From NCBI GenBank assembly GCA_038320275.1, contig JBBQEB010000019.1:1-34718 (forward strand): a stretch of 34,718 nt of DNA, given 5' to 3'. Positions 21,201-29,407 of the stretch are shown one piece after another (the first letter of the stretch is position 1; the number at the start of each line of letters is the position of its first letter). Under the pieces are notes generated by a model. The model saw only the letters and a program-made list of their open reading frames with translations, was not told the DNA's origin and made no database searches. Made by a program: the position numbers and the translations under genes. The stretch comes from Myxococcales bacterium. GTDB lineage: Bacteria > Myxococcota > Myxococcia > Myxococcales > Anaeromyxobacteraceae.

Positions 21201-21357
21201 ACCCGAAAACCGCGAGCAGCTTCTCGAGCCACGAGCGCGCGGTCGCCTCGGACTGCTCGGCGGTGAGCGCCGACGCCGAGTCGTGCAGCCCGAGCGCATC
21301 GAATTCCGAGACGAGCTCCGCCAGCGCTGTTCTGGCGATGTCCTTGGAGTCGAGCAT
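18235..21357 (-). CDS. Type IIG-like restriction-modification fusion (PD-(D/E)xK nuclease + amino-methyltransferase + target recognition region)
   Basis: RPDYALK...YIDAK; GAVYTP; VLDPACGSASFL; YGVDID; VVGNPPY; long C-terminal region. Confidence 0.88.
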   Translation of the reverse strand: MLDSKDIARTALAELVSEFDALGLHDSASALTAEQSEATARSWLEKLLAVFGWNAADPAQVRQEYRIAGREARRLEREGITHNRPDYALKVAGERILYIDAKRLAASIEDDEAIAYQVRCYGWSAGFRVSYACDFRELAIWDCRHKPQPSDEARVARIQFVRYTHYLENFDLLWEYLSREAILGGSLQRLHPEGERPRGAEPLDVAFEANLSEWRVELAKSILRYGHTRDPEIISGAAQRILDRIVFLRLCEELGLEEYGSLNYMANHGDGFWPLFVERHEQRYRKLYDGLLFPHREEDDPTRIETHLRQWWLKGRVFVHIVRGLYHPQPYRFDAVPLELLGGIYERFLGKRLRVTGNDVEDEFKPEYQRTNGAVYTPSWVVRRVVSLTLGPLTRGADPETILGLRVLDPACGSASFLLGVYDYLEEAILDWARAYPGDPRREGLVLDDEEGLRISVQASRRIIEGCLYGVDIDPNAVQVARMSLALRHLRRAAGDLPEHPKDLLAGIGRNIRQGNSLVGPDIAGLGIAPDRVTATMPFSWKDRLFGFGNVMTSGGFHAVVGNPPYIEVKRYRKWMPEMYRYLVETGRYVTVDQGKTDIAMPFMERGVSLLRPGGRLGFIIQNRFFKTQYGESTRRWLRKGKLLEAVEDFRDLQVFPNRTTYTTILVLQAQSPAFEYRSYANIAGAEADQPSVKVRIAAADLDDDPWSLDQPDLLEVHRELAKRHGTIGSHRALDITVGLQTLYGKLYQIQPREVTARTVRGANGLGADVELERKALRPLCRNRGFYPFRRDNADAWVIFPYDVEGESWTEIRWPELERRFPKTAAYLEHNRRTLREAVETEEGRDRWHLYTRPQNLVAQARPKVLFPMTIEDTMATVDLKGDVYQDNVNVNSLTVRGDAIDLVALAAMCNSTTFNALARLKAGLNDSGWRKLNKQFASLVPLPFEALKTSPLAERLAELGTLIEQHQEGLREASNEGQRSGARGILSALWKELDEVTEQLYELTARQKAVIARYPRKVDRLEWPLRADVDASDGEDAEG

Positions 21358-21364
21358 TCCGTAG

Positions 21365-21373
21365 AACGTACCA
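21365..21373 (-). promoter_or_regulatory. Extended -10 (TGG-TACGTT) 7 nt before the RM gene ATG; probable leaderless promoter
   Basis: Minus strand CTGGTACGTTCTACGGAATG. Confidence 0.5.
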
Positions 21374-21432
21374 GCCGGGACCGACGTCGAGCTGCCGCGG
21401 CCTCGAGCTTCGCGCTGGCTTCGGGCTGCGGT

Positions 21433-22917
21433 TCAGAACAATTGCCGTTGCGCGCCCTCGCCCCACCGCTCCAGGTAGCTCTTCATGCGGAGCTTCCGCA
21501 GGGTGTTCGCCGAGGTCATGTAGCGCACGGTCCCGAAGATCGGCCGCTCCGGGCCCCAGGGCCGGTCGTGCCGCCCGAAGCACCAGTAGATCCCGGTGTA
21601 CGAGTTGGGGTCGCGCCCGTCGAGAGCCCACCTGTCGTTGAGGTGCACGAGCGTCTCGGCCGCCTCCTCCGGCGTCCGCGACCACTCGAGCACCTTCTTT
21701 CCCCAGAGCATGCGCAGGTAGTTGTGGATGCGCCCGTCTCCGAGAAGCTGGCGCTGCGCCGCGTTCCAGACCGGGTCGGCGGTGGCTGCGCTCTCCAGCG
21801 CCGCGCGGCCGTAGATCACGGGCCGGGGATCGCTCGCGTGGGCGGCCAGCGTCGACTGCGCCCAGGCGGGGATGGAGGCGTAGGCGGCGTGGTCGAGCCG
21901 GTGGGAGGCCGTGTGCAGGCCGAGCTCGCGCCAGGTGACGAGCTGGTCGAGGAACGCCTCGGCGTCCGCGCTCATCCCCCAGAACCCGTCCCGCGCGCCA
22001 TTGCGCACGCCGCCCAGCCGCTCGCCCGACCAGTCCTCCGCCTCGGCGACCGCCCCGAACACCTCGTGCGGCGAGAGCTGGCCGAAATGCAGCCAGGGCG
22101 AGAGGCCGCTCGCCGCGTCGAGGTCGGGATGGTTGCGCGCCTCGGCGTAGCCGCGCAGCCGCTCCGAGACGAACGTGTGCAGCGCGGCGCGGGCTGCCGG
22201 CGTTCCCCCGCGCACCGGTGAGGGTGGCACGGCGTGGTCGATGTGGAGCTTCGCCAGGGCCCCGGGGTCGCCGCGCAGGAGCTCGGGCGAGGCGGGCGGC
22301 CAGCGCCTCTTGATCTCCGCCGGAAGCGCCGGGGCGGGCGGAAGGTGGCGGCCGCGGAAGGGCGTCGCGCTGGGCCGGCCTGCGAGCTCGCCGGGCAGCG
22401 CTCCCTGCAGGAACCGGCGGAACGCATACGCCGTCCTGAGCTCCTTCCCAGCGGCGCGCATGGGCAACAGCCCGTTGCCGTCCACCGCCTCCAGCCGCAC
22501 CGGCAGCCGCTCCCCGGCGGCGGCGATCATCCGCGGCAGGAAGAAGGAGGGGAAGTCGTCCGTGACCACCGCGCAGGCGCGCTCCGCGAGCGCGGCGAGG
22601 AGCCCGCTCCCGTCGCCGGCCCGCGGCTCCACGTACGGATGGTAGTGGGCGCCCGTGCCCTCGAAGGCGGCCGCGTTGGCGGCCATGCCGTCGATGACGA
22701 AGCGATGCAGGCGATCGCTCGCATGGGGATAGCCTGCCCGCAGCGCCTCCAGGACGACGAGCCCCTTCGAGAGCTCGCGCGCCAGCGCCACCGCGCGGTC
22801 GAGCGCGTGCGAGTGCGAGGCGCGCCGCGCCGCGACCATCCAGTAGAGGACGTATTCCCCGCCCGGGCGCAGCGGCGCGCCGTTGACGTCGCGGAGCCGC
22901 GCCGCCCGCCCGGTCAC
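21433..22917 (-). CDS. phr: Deoxyribodipyrimidine photolyase, class II-like
   Basis: YVLYWM, SGLSPWLHFGQLS, HNYLRMLWGKKVLEWS, LDGRDPNSYTGIYWCFG, ERPIFGTVRYM; GTG 22917 overlaps upstream stop. Confidence 0.9.
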   Translation of the reverse strand: MTGRAARLRDVNGAPLRPGGEYVLYWMVAARRASHSHALDRAVALARELSKGLVVLEALRAGYPHASDRLHRFVIDGMAANAAAFEGTGAHYHPYVEPRAGDGSGLLAALAERACAVVTDDFPSFFLPRMIAAAGERLPVRLEAVDGNGLLPMRAAGKELRTAYAFRRFLQGALPGELAGRPSATPFRGRHLPPAPALPAEIKRRWPPASPELLRGDPGALAKLHIDHAVPPSPVRGGTPAARAALHTFVSERLRGYAEARNHPDLDAASGLSPWLHFGQLSPHEVFGAVAEAEDWSGERLGGVRNGARDGFWGMSADAEAFLDQLVTWRELGLHTASHRLDHAAYASIPAWAQSTLAAHASDPRPVIYGRAALESAATADPVWNAAQRQLLGDGRIHNYLRMLWGKKVLEWSRTPEEAAETLVHLNDRWALDGRDPNSYTGIYWCFGRHDRPWGPERPIFGTVRYMTSANTLRKLRMKSYLERWGEGAQRQLF

Positions 22918-24374
22918 GGCCGCGCGTCCGCCGCCGCGAGGGTGCGCGCCCGCGCCGCCACCCGGCGGATGAGGTTGGAGAAGATGAGCCCGTGGATGGG
23001 GTAGAGGAGGTACCAGTAGGCGAGCCCCCACAGCCCGTGCGGCGCGAAGGTGGCGGTCTGGAGGAGCTGCACCCCTCCGTCCGGCCGAGGCTGCGTCTCG
23101 AACTGCAGCCAGGCCCGGCCGGGCACCTTCATCTCCGCCCGGAGCCGAAGCATCCGCGGCGGGTCCACCTCCTCCACGCGCCAGAAGTCCAGCGCATCCC
23201 CCGCCCGCACGGCGTCGGGGTCGCGCCGCCCCCGGCGGAGGCCCACCCCGCCCACCAGCCGGTCGAGGATTCCGCGAACTCGCCAGGCCCAGTCGGCATA
23301 GAGCCAGCCGCGCCGCCCGCCCAGCCCGGTGAAGGCGCGGAACACCGCCGCTGCGGGGGCGCCCGCCGCGACCTGCCGCCGCTCCACGATCATCCCCCGT
23401 TCCGAGGACAGCAGGCAGGGCACCGTGTCCCCCTGGCTCGCCGCGAGCGCATCCGTCCAGGACGCCTGCAGCTCGCCGCGATCGAGCTCCGCCAGCGCCG
23501 CGGCGACCGCCTCCTGATACCCGACCGGCTTCACCGTGGGGAAAAGCACCCGCGCCGCGGGATCGCGCACCACCACCTCGCTGCGAAGCCCCTCGATGAG
23601 GGGGCGCGCCAGCGCCTTGGGTACCGGCGTCGTCCAGTGCACCCAGTGAGAGGACAGCGCGGGCGTGAGCACCGGTACCGGGACGAGCCAGCGGCGAAGG
23701 CCCCGCAGCTTGGCGTATCCCAGCATCATGGCGCGATAGGTCAGCACGTCGGGGCCGCCGATCTCCACCACCCTGTCGAGCGGCGGCCCGTCGAGCGCGG
23801 CGGTGAGGTAGGCGAGCACGTCGCCGATGCCGATGGGCTGCACCCGCTGGTACACCCAGCGCGGCGCGATCATGACCGGCAGCCGCTCCACGAGATTGCG
23901 GATCATCTCGAAGGAGAGCGAGCCCGCTCCCACGATGATGGCGGCGCGCAGCTCCAGCACGGGGACGCCGCCCGCGCGCAGCCGGGCGCCCGTGGCGTGG
24001 CGGGAGGCGAGGTGGTGCGAGAGTCCGGTGGCGGCGTCCCCCAGGCCTCCCAGGTAGATGATGCGCTTCACGCCCGCCGTGCCGGCAGCCCCTGCGAAGT
24101 TCCCCGCCGCCGCCAGGTCGCGCTCGTGGAAGCCGGCGCGCCCGCTCATGCTGTGCACCAGGTAGAACGCAGCGTCGATGCCTGCCAGGGCTGGGGCGAG
24201 GCTCGCGCGGTCGAGCACGTCCCCGCGGAGGACGTGGGCGGACGCCGCCCAGGAACGCCCCGCCACCCGGGCCGGATCGCGCGCGAGCACGTGCACCTCG
24301 TGTCCTGCCTGCAGCAGGCGGGGCACGAGGAGGCCTCCCACGTAGCCGGTGGCCCCCGTCACGAGAACGCGCAT
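22914..24374 (-). CDS. YbjT-like atypical SDR / NAD(P)-binding protein with C-terminal DUF2867
   Basis: MRVLVTGATGYVGG, YLVHSM, LRAAIIVGAG, GDALDFWRV, LRAEMKVPGRAWL, GLAYWY. Confidence 0.9.
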   Translation of the reverse strand: MRVLVTGATGYVGGLLVPRLLQAGHEVHVLARDPARVAGRSWAASAHVLRGDVLDRASLAPALAGIDAAFYLVHSMSGRAGFHERDLAAAGNFAGAAGTAGVKRIIYLGGLGDAATGLSHHLASRHATGARLRAGGVPVLELRAAIIVGAGSLSFEMIRNLVERLPVMIAPRWVYQRVQPIGIGDVLAYLTAALDGPPLDRVVEIGGPDVLTYRAMMLGYAKLRGLRRWLVPVPVLTPALSSHWVHWTTPVPKALARPLIEGLRSEVVVRDPAARVLFPTVKPVGYQEAVAAALAELDRGELQASWTDALAASQGDTVPCLLSSERGMIVERRQVAAGAPAAAVFRAFTGLGGRRGWLYADWAWRVRGILDRLVGGVGLRRGRRDPDAVRAGDALDFWRVEEVDPPRMLRLRAEMKVPGRAWLQFETQPRPDGGVQLLQTATFAPHGLWGLAYWYLLYPIHGLIFSNLIRRVAARARTLAAADARP

Positions 24375-24570
24375 GGCACTCTTTGTATGCGCCGGGCCGG
24401 CCCCACGCCGCGTGCGGACGCGCCCGAACCGCTCGCCGGCGCCCGCCTTCGCCATCGGGCCGTCCACGCGGCACGAGAATCGATCGCGCGAGGTGTCCCG
24501 TGGTCGTGGGTCACGCCTGGGTCCGCGCGGCCGGTTGCGGGGGAGGTGCCCCCGCAACAGGTTGCCCTGG

Positions 24571-25821
24571 ATGCAGCTCGCCCGCCCACCTCCGGATTCG
24601 CAGCGCCCTGGCCCGGCTGGGGGGCTGGACGTGCGGCCCTGGGCCGAACGCTACCGGGAGGTGCGTGACTCGACCCTCGGGCTCTGCGCCCCGCTTTCTC
24701 CCGAGGACATGCAGGCCCAGTCGATGCCGGACGCGAGCCCGGCCAAGTGGCACCTCGCGCACACCACCTGGTTCTTCGAGACGTTCCTCCTCGCTGCCCG
24801 GGAGCCGGGCTTCCGCCCATTCCACCCGCGATTCGGGTATCTCTTCAACTCCTACTACGAGGCGGTAGGGCCCCGTCACGAGCGCCCGAAGCGCGGCCTC
24901 CTCACGCGGCCCTCGGTGGAGGAGATCCGCGCCTACCGCGCCGCGGTGGACGCGCGCGTCGAGGCGCTCCTCCGGCGCGGGCTCGATTCCGAGGGCGAGG
25001 CGGTGCTCGAGCTCGGGCTTCACCATGAGGGTCAACACCAGGAGCTCCTGCTCACGGACATGAAGCACGCGCTCTTCCAGAACCCGCTGCGGCCCGCGTA
25101 CGGCGAGCCGCCGCGCGTCGGTCCCCAGCGGGCCCGCGGAGGGGGTGGCCCGCTGGCCTTCCTGGAGGTGCCCAGCGGTCTGTACGAGCTCGGGCATGCC
25201 GGCCCGAACTTTGCCTTCGACAACGAGGGCCCGCGCCACCGCGCCTGGCTCGAGCCGTTCGCGCTGGCCTCGCGCCTGTCCACCGTCAGCGAATGGCTCG
25301 CCTTCGTGGAGGACGGCGGCTACCGGCGCCCGGAGCTCTGGCTCAGCGATGGCTGGGCGGCGGTCCAGGCGCGCGGCTGGGAGGCGCCGCTGTACTGGGA
25401 GAGAGAAGGGGAGGAGTGGTCGGCCTTCACGCTGCAGGGCCCCCAGCCGCTCGAGCTCGAAGCCCCGGTCGCGCACGTCAGTCTCTACGAGGCGGACGCC
25501 TTCGCGCGCTGGTCGGGGGCGCGGCTCCCCACCGAGGCAGAATGGGAGGTGGCGGCCGGATCGCCCGCGGTGGGAACCTTCGACCGCCTTCACGGCGCCG
25601 CCTGGCAGTGGACCGCCAGCGCCTACGCGCCGTACCCAGGTTACGGGCCACCGCCCGGCGCGCTGGGGGAGTACAACGGAAAGTTCATGTGCAACCAGCT
25701 CGTTCTGCGCGGCTCGAGCCGGTGGACGCATCCCGGCCACGCGCGCGCAACCTGCCGCAACTTCTTCCAGCCCGACGCCCGGTGGCAGCTCACCGGCGTG
25801 CGGCTGGCGAGAGAGGTCTGA
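24571..25821 (+). CDS. egtB: Ergothioneine sulfoxide synthase EgtB
   Basis: QSMPDASPAKWHLAHTTWFFE, FNSYY, HHEGQHQELLLTD, RLPTEAEWE, GEYNGKFM; start uncertain (ATG 24571 or GTG 24631). Confidence 0.92.
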   Translation: MQLARPPPDSQRPGPAGGLDVRPWAERYREVRDSTLGLCAPLSPEDMQAQSMPDASPAKWHLAHTTWFFETFLLAAREPGFRPFHPRFGYLFNSYYEAVGPRHERPKRGLLTRPSVEEIRAYRAAVDARVEALLRRGLDSEGEAVLELGLHHEGQHQELLLTDMKHALFQNPLRPAYGEPPRVGPQRARGGGGPLAFLEVPSGLYELGHAGPNFAFDNEGPRHRAWLEPFALASRLSTVSEWLAFVEDGGYRRPELWLSDGWAAVQARGWEAPLYWEREGEEWSAFTLQGPQPLELEAPVAHVSLYEADAFARWSGARLPTEAEWEVAAGSPAVGTFDRLHGAAWQWTASAYAPYPGYGPPPGALGEYNGKFMCNQLVLRGSSRWTHPGHARATCRNFFQPDARWQLTGVRLAREV

Positions 25822-26798
25822 TGCTCGACACCGTGAAGCCCTCTTCGGTCGCTACCCTTCCGCCTCCCGAACCCGGTACCGACTTCCTGCACGATCTCCT
25901 GGAGGGGCTCGCGAAGCCTCAGAAGGAGATCCCGTGCAAGTGGCTCTACGACGCTCGCGGCTCGCAGCTCTTCGAGCGCATCACCGAGCTCGAGGAGTAC
26001 TACCCCACCCGGACCGAGCTCGCGATCATGGAGGCGAACGTCATGTCCATGGCGGCCGCCCTCGGGCCCGCCTGCGCGCTCATCGAGTACGGTTCCGGGT
26101 CGGGCCTCAAGACGCGCCTTCTGCTCCAGTACCTGCGCGACCCGGCGGCCTACGTGCCGGTGGACATCTCCGCGCCGGCCCTCGCCAGCGCGGCGGCCCG
26201 GCTCGCGGCTGCGTTCCCCGGGCTCGACCTGCGCCCGGTCTGCGCCGACTTCACCCAGCCGCTCCGCCTTCCCCTCGAGCACGTCCGCGCCAAGCGCCGC
26301 GCCGTCTTCTTCCCCGGCTCGACGATCGGAAACTTTCACAAGCCGGAGATGGTCTCTTTCCTGCGCGAGGTGGCGCGCCAGGCTGGCCCCGGCGGCGGGC
26401 TCCTCATCGGCGTCGATCTGCGCAAGGAGCGGTCGATCCTGGAGGCCGCCTACGACGACCGGCGCAGGGTCACGGCCGCCTTCGACCTCAACGTGCTCGC
26501 GCGCGCCAACCACGAGCTGGGGACGAGCTTCGACCTCGACGCCTTCCGTCACGAGTCCCGCTGGGACGAGCGCCACGGCCGCGTCGAGATGCATCTCGTC
26601 GCGAAGTGGGCCCAGACCGTCCTGGTGGGCGGCGCCCGCATCGCCTTCGCGGCCGGCGAGAGCATCTGGACCGAGTGCTCGTACAAGTACGATCTGCCCG
26701 AGTTCGCGGCGCTGTCCGCCCTGGCCGGGTGGCGCACCGAGCGCGTGTGGACCGACGAGCGGGCGTGGTTCAGCGTGCACTACCTCACCACCGGGTAG
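25821..26798 (+). CDS. egtD: L-histidine N-alpha-methyltransferase EgtD
   Basis: KWLYDARGSQLFERITELEEYYPTRTE, EYGSGSGLKT, FPGSTIGNF, AAYDD, TECSYKY; ATG overlaps egtB stop. Confidence 0.94.
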   Translation: MLDTVKPSSVATLPPPEPGTDFLHDLLEGLAKPQKEIPCKWLYDARGSQLFERITELEEYYPTRTELAIMEANVMSMAAALGPACALIEYGSGSGLKTRLLLQYLRDPAAYVPVDISAPALASAAARLAAAFPGLDLRPVCADFTQPLRLPLEHVRAKRRAVFFPGSTIGNFHKPEMVSFLREVARQAGPGGGLLIGVDLRKERSILEAAYDDRRRVTAAFDLNVLARANHELGTSFDLDAFRHESRWDERHGRVEMHLVAKWAQTVLVGGARIAFAAGESIWTECSYKYDLPEFAALSALAGWRTERVWTDERAWFSVHYLTTG

Positions 26799-26851
26799 CG
26801 TCCCGGCAAGAGCGGCGCGACCGGCGCGCCGCCGCTAGACACGGGGCCATC

Positions 26852-29407
26852 ATGGCCCTCCCCACCGACGACCGCGCCTACCGGCTCCCCGCGAGCCCGC
26901 GCCCGCTGCGTTACCAGGCTTCCCTCTCGCTCGACCTCGAGGGGCGGACCTTCACCGGGCGAGCGTCCATCGCGGTTCGGCTCGACGCACCGGCCGGCGA
27001 GCTCGTGCTACATGCGGTGGAGCTCGACATCGCCGATGCGGTGCTGCGCGACGGGAAGGTGGAGCTGCGCGCCGGGAGAATCGAGGTCTCCAGAACGAGC
27101 GAGACGGCGCGCCTCGTCTTTTCGGAGCCGGCGCGGGCCGGGGACCACGTCCTCGAGCTGCGCTGGAGCGGGCGGATGAGCACCGGCCTGCGCGGCCTCT
27201 ATCGCGCTGGAGACGTCGCCGTCACCCAGTTCGAGGCCGCCGACGCGCGCCGGGTCTTTCCCTGCTGGGACGAGCCCGCCTTCAAGGCGCCCTGGGCGCT
27301 CACGGTGGAGGCACCGGCGGGGCTCACGCTCCTGTCGAACGGCGCCGCGGAGCGCGTCCGCGAGGAGGGTGGGCGGCAGACCGTCACCTTCCGCGAGACG
27401 CCGCCCCTGCCCACCTACCTCGTCGCGCTCGCCTGCGGCCGCCTCGTCGCCGAGGAGGGCGAGAGCGTCCGGGGCGTGCCGGTGCGCACCTGGTCGGTGC
27501 CGGAGAAGAGGGCGCTGACGGCCTATGGACAGGAGGTGGCGGTGGCGGTGCTGCCCAGGCTCGAGGACTACTTCGGGCTCCCCTACGCCTTCGGCAAGCT
27601 CGACCAGGTGGGCGTTCCCGACTTCGAGGCGGGCGCCATGGAGAACGCGGGCCTGGTGACCTTCCGCGAAGCGGCGCTGCTGCTCGACGTCGCCACAGCC
27701 TCGCTCCCGGTGAAGAAGCGCATCGCCGAGGTGGTCACGCACGAGCTCGCGCACCAGTGGTTCGGCAACTGGGTGACCATGGCCTGGTGGGACGACCTCT
27801 GGCTCAACGAGGCCTTCGCCACCTGGATGTCCTTCAAGATCGTGGACGCCTGGAGGCCGGGCTGGCGCGTGTGGCTCGACTTCGACGGCGGAAAGGCGGC
27901 CGCGCTCCACCTCGACGCGCTTCGCTCCACCCATCCCATCCGCGCCGAGGTGAGGAGCCCCGACGACATGACGGAGAGCTTCGACCTCATCACCTACGAG
28001 AAGGGCGGCGCAGTGCTGCGCATGGTGGAGGGGTACCTGGGCGAGGAGGGCTTCCGCGAGGGCATCCGGAGCTACATGCGGGAGCACGCGACCGCCAACG
28101 CGGTGGCCGACGACCTCTGGAGAGCGCTGGCGCAGGCGACCCGCCAGCCCGTCGTGGAGCTCGCCCATGCCTGGATCGGGCAGCCCGGCCACCCGCTCGT
28201 GGAGGTGAAGCTGGAAGGGCGGCTCCTGAAGCTCTCGCAGCGGCGCTTCTTCTCCGAGCCGGAGGCGACCTCGGACGGTGAGACCTGGCCCGTGCCGCTC
28301 GTCATCCGCTACGGGGACGGGGCGGGGACGCACGAGCGGCGCTTCCTCCTCGCCGGCACCTCCGCCGAGCTCGAGCTGGAGGGCTGGCACGAGGTGACCT
28401 GGCTCTGCGCCAACGCGGGCTCCACCGGCTTCTACCGGGTGGCCTACGACGCTGGCCTGCGCGCCGGGCTCGCCCGCAGCACCACCCGCCTCGCGCCCGC
28501 CGAGCGCATCGGGCTCCTCGCCGACGAGTGGGCGCTGGTGCGCTCGGGCGTGCGCGAGGTGGGCGCCTTCCTCGACCTCGCGGCAGCCTTCGGAGGCGAG
28601 GAGGACCACGCCGTGCTGGACGAGCTGGTGGGCCGCCTCGCCGCGATCGAGTCGCGGCTGGGAGACGCGGACGTGCGCGGCCGCTTCCAGACGTTCGTGG
28701 CGCGCCTCCTCGGCCCCGCGCTCGCCCGGGTGGGCTGGGACGCCGCGCCGGGCGAGGACGACGGCGCGCGGCTCCGGCGTGCGGCGCTCGTCCGCGCGCT
28801 GGGCCTCGTGGCCCGCGAGCCCGCTGCGGTCCAGGAGGCCGGCGCGCGGCTGGAGCGCTTCCTCGCAGGGGATCGCGGAGCCCTGGAGGCCAACCTGCAC
28901 GAAGCCGCGGTGGCGATGACGGCGCGCGCGGGAGACGCGGCGCGCTTCGACCGGCTGCGGTCCGCCTTCCACGCGGAGAAGGACCCGGCGTTCCAGAGGC
29001 GCTACCTCGTCGCGCTGGCCCACTTCGAGCGTCCGGAGCTCGCCGCCCGAGGGCGCGAGCTGGCCCTGTCGGACGAGGTCCCATTGCAGGACGCCGCCTC
29101 CTTCCTGGGCGCCCTCCTCGGGAACCGCACCGCCCGGGAGCCGTTCTGGGCGACGCTGCGCGAGCGGTGGAGCGCAGTCGAGGCGCGGGTGGGCGGCGCG
29201 CCGATGCTCCTGCGGCGGGTGGTGGAGGCGGTGGGGCAGCTCCCCGAGCGCCGCCACCTGGAGGAGGCGACCGCCTTCTTCGGGGCGACGCCGCTTCCCA
29301 CCGCGCGGCAGGCGGTGGCGCAGACGCTGGAACGCATGCGCCAGGAGGTCGCCCTCTGGGAGCGCGCGTCGAGCGGCATGGCCGCGTGGCTTCACGCCAG
29401 GGGATGA
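26852..29407 (+). CDS. pepN: M1-family zinc aminopeptidase (PepN-like)
   Basis: TQFEAADARRVFPCWDEP, GAMEN, HELAHQWFGN, WLNEAFA, YEKGG; start ATG 26852. Confidence 0.93.
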   Translation: MALPTDDRAYRLPASPRPLRYQASLSLDLEGRTFTGRASIAVRLDAPAGELVLHAVELDIADAVLRDGKVELRAGRIEVSRTSETARLVFSEPARAGDHVLELRWSGRMSTGLRGLYRAGDVAVTQFEAADARRVFPCWDEPAFKAPWALTVEAPAGLTLLSNGAAERVREEGGRQTVTFRETPPLPTYLVALACGRLVAEEGESVRGVPVRTWSVPEKRALTAYGQEVAVAVLPRLEDYFGLPYAFGKLDQVGVPDFEAGAMENAGLVTFREAALLLDVATASLPVKKRIAEVVTHELAHQWFGNWVTMAWWDDLWLNEAFATWMSFKIVDAWRPGWRVWLDFDGGKAAALHLDALRSTHPIRAEVRSPDDMTESFDLITYEKGGAVLRMVEGYLGEEGFREGIRSYMREHATANAVADDLWRALAQATRQPVVELAHAWIGQPGHPLVEVKLEGRLLKLSQRRFFSEPEATSDGETWPVPLVIRYGDGAGTHERRFLLAGTSAELELEGWHEVTWLCANAGSTGFYRVAYDAGLRAGLARSTTRLAPAERIGLLADEWALVRSGVREVGAFLDLAAAFGGEEDHAVLDELVGRLAAIESRLGDADVRGRFQTFVARLLGPALARVGWDAAPGEDDGARLRRAALVRALGLVAREPAAVQEAGARLERFLAGDRGALEANLHEAAVAMTARAGDAARFDRLRSAFHAEKDPAFQRRYLVALAHFERPELAARGRELALSDEVPLQDAASFLGALLGNRTAREPFWATLRERWSAVEARVGGAPMLLRRVVEAVGQLPERRHLEEATAFFGATPLPTARQAVAQTLERMRQEVALWERASSGMAAWLHARG

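Noticed and set aside
18235..21357. BREX PglX or DISARM methyltransferase
   Set aside because: No pglZ, brxC or drm genes nearby, and the protein has its own N-terminal nuclease motif.
18226..21380. GCCGGGA on both sides of the RM gene as a target-site duplication
   Set aside because: A 7-bp GC-rich match is not significant here; no integrase or transposase present.
24469..24485. GGCACGAGAATCGA as a sigma54 promoter for egtB
   Set aside because: The -12 element is GA rather than GC.
24571..25821. Selenoneine (SenA) or ovothiol (OvoA) synthase
   Set aside because: No senB/selD neighbours and no fused C-terminal methyltransferase; coupled to egtD.
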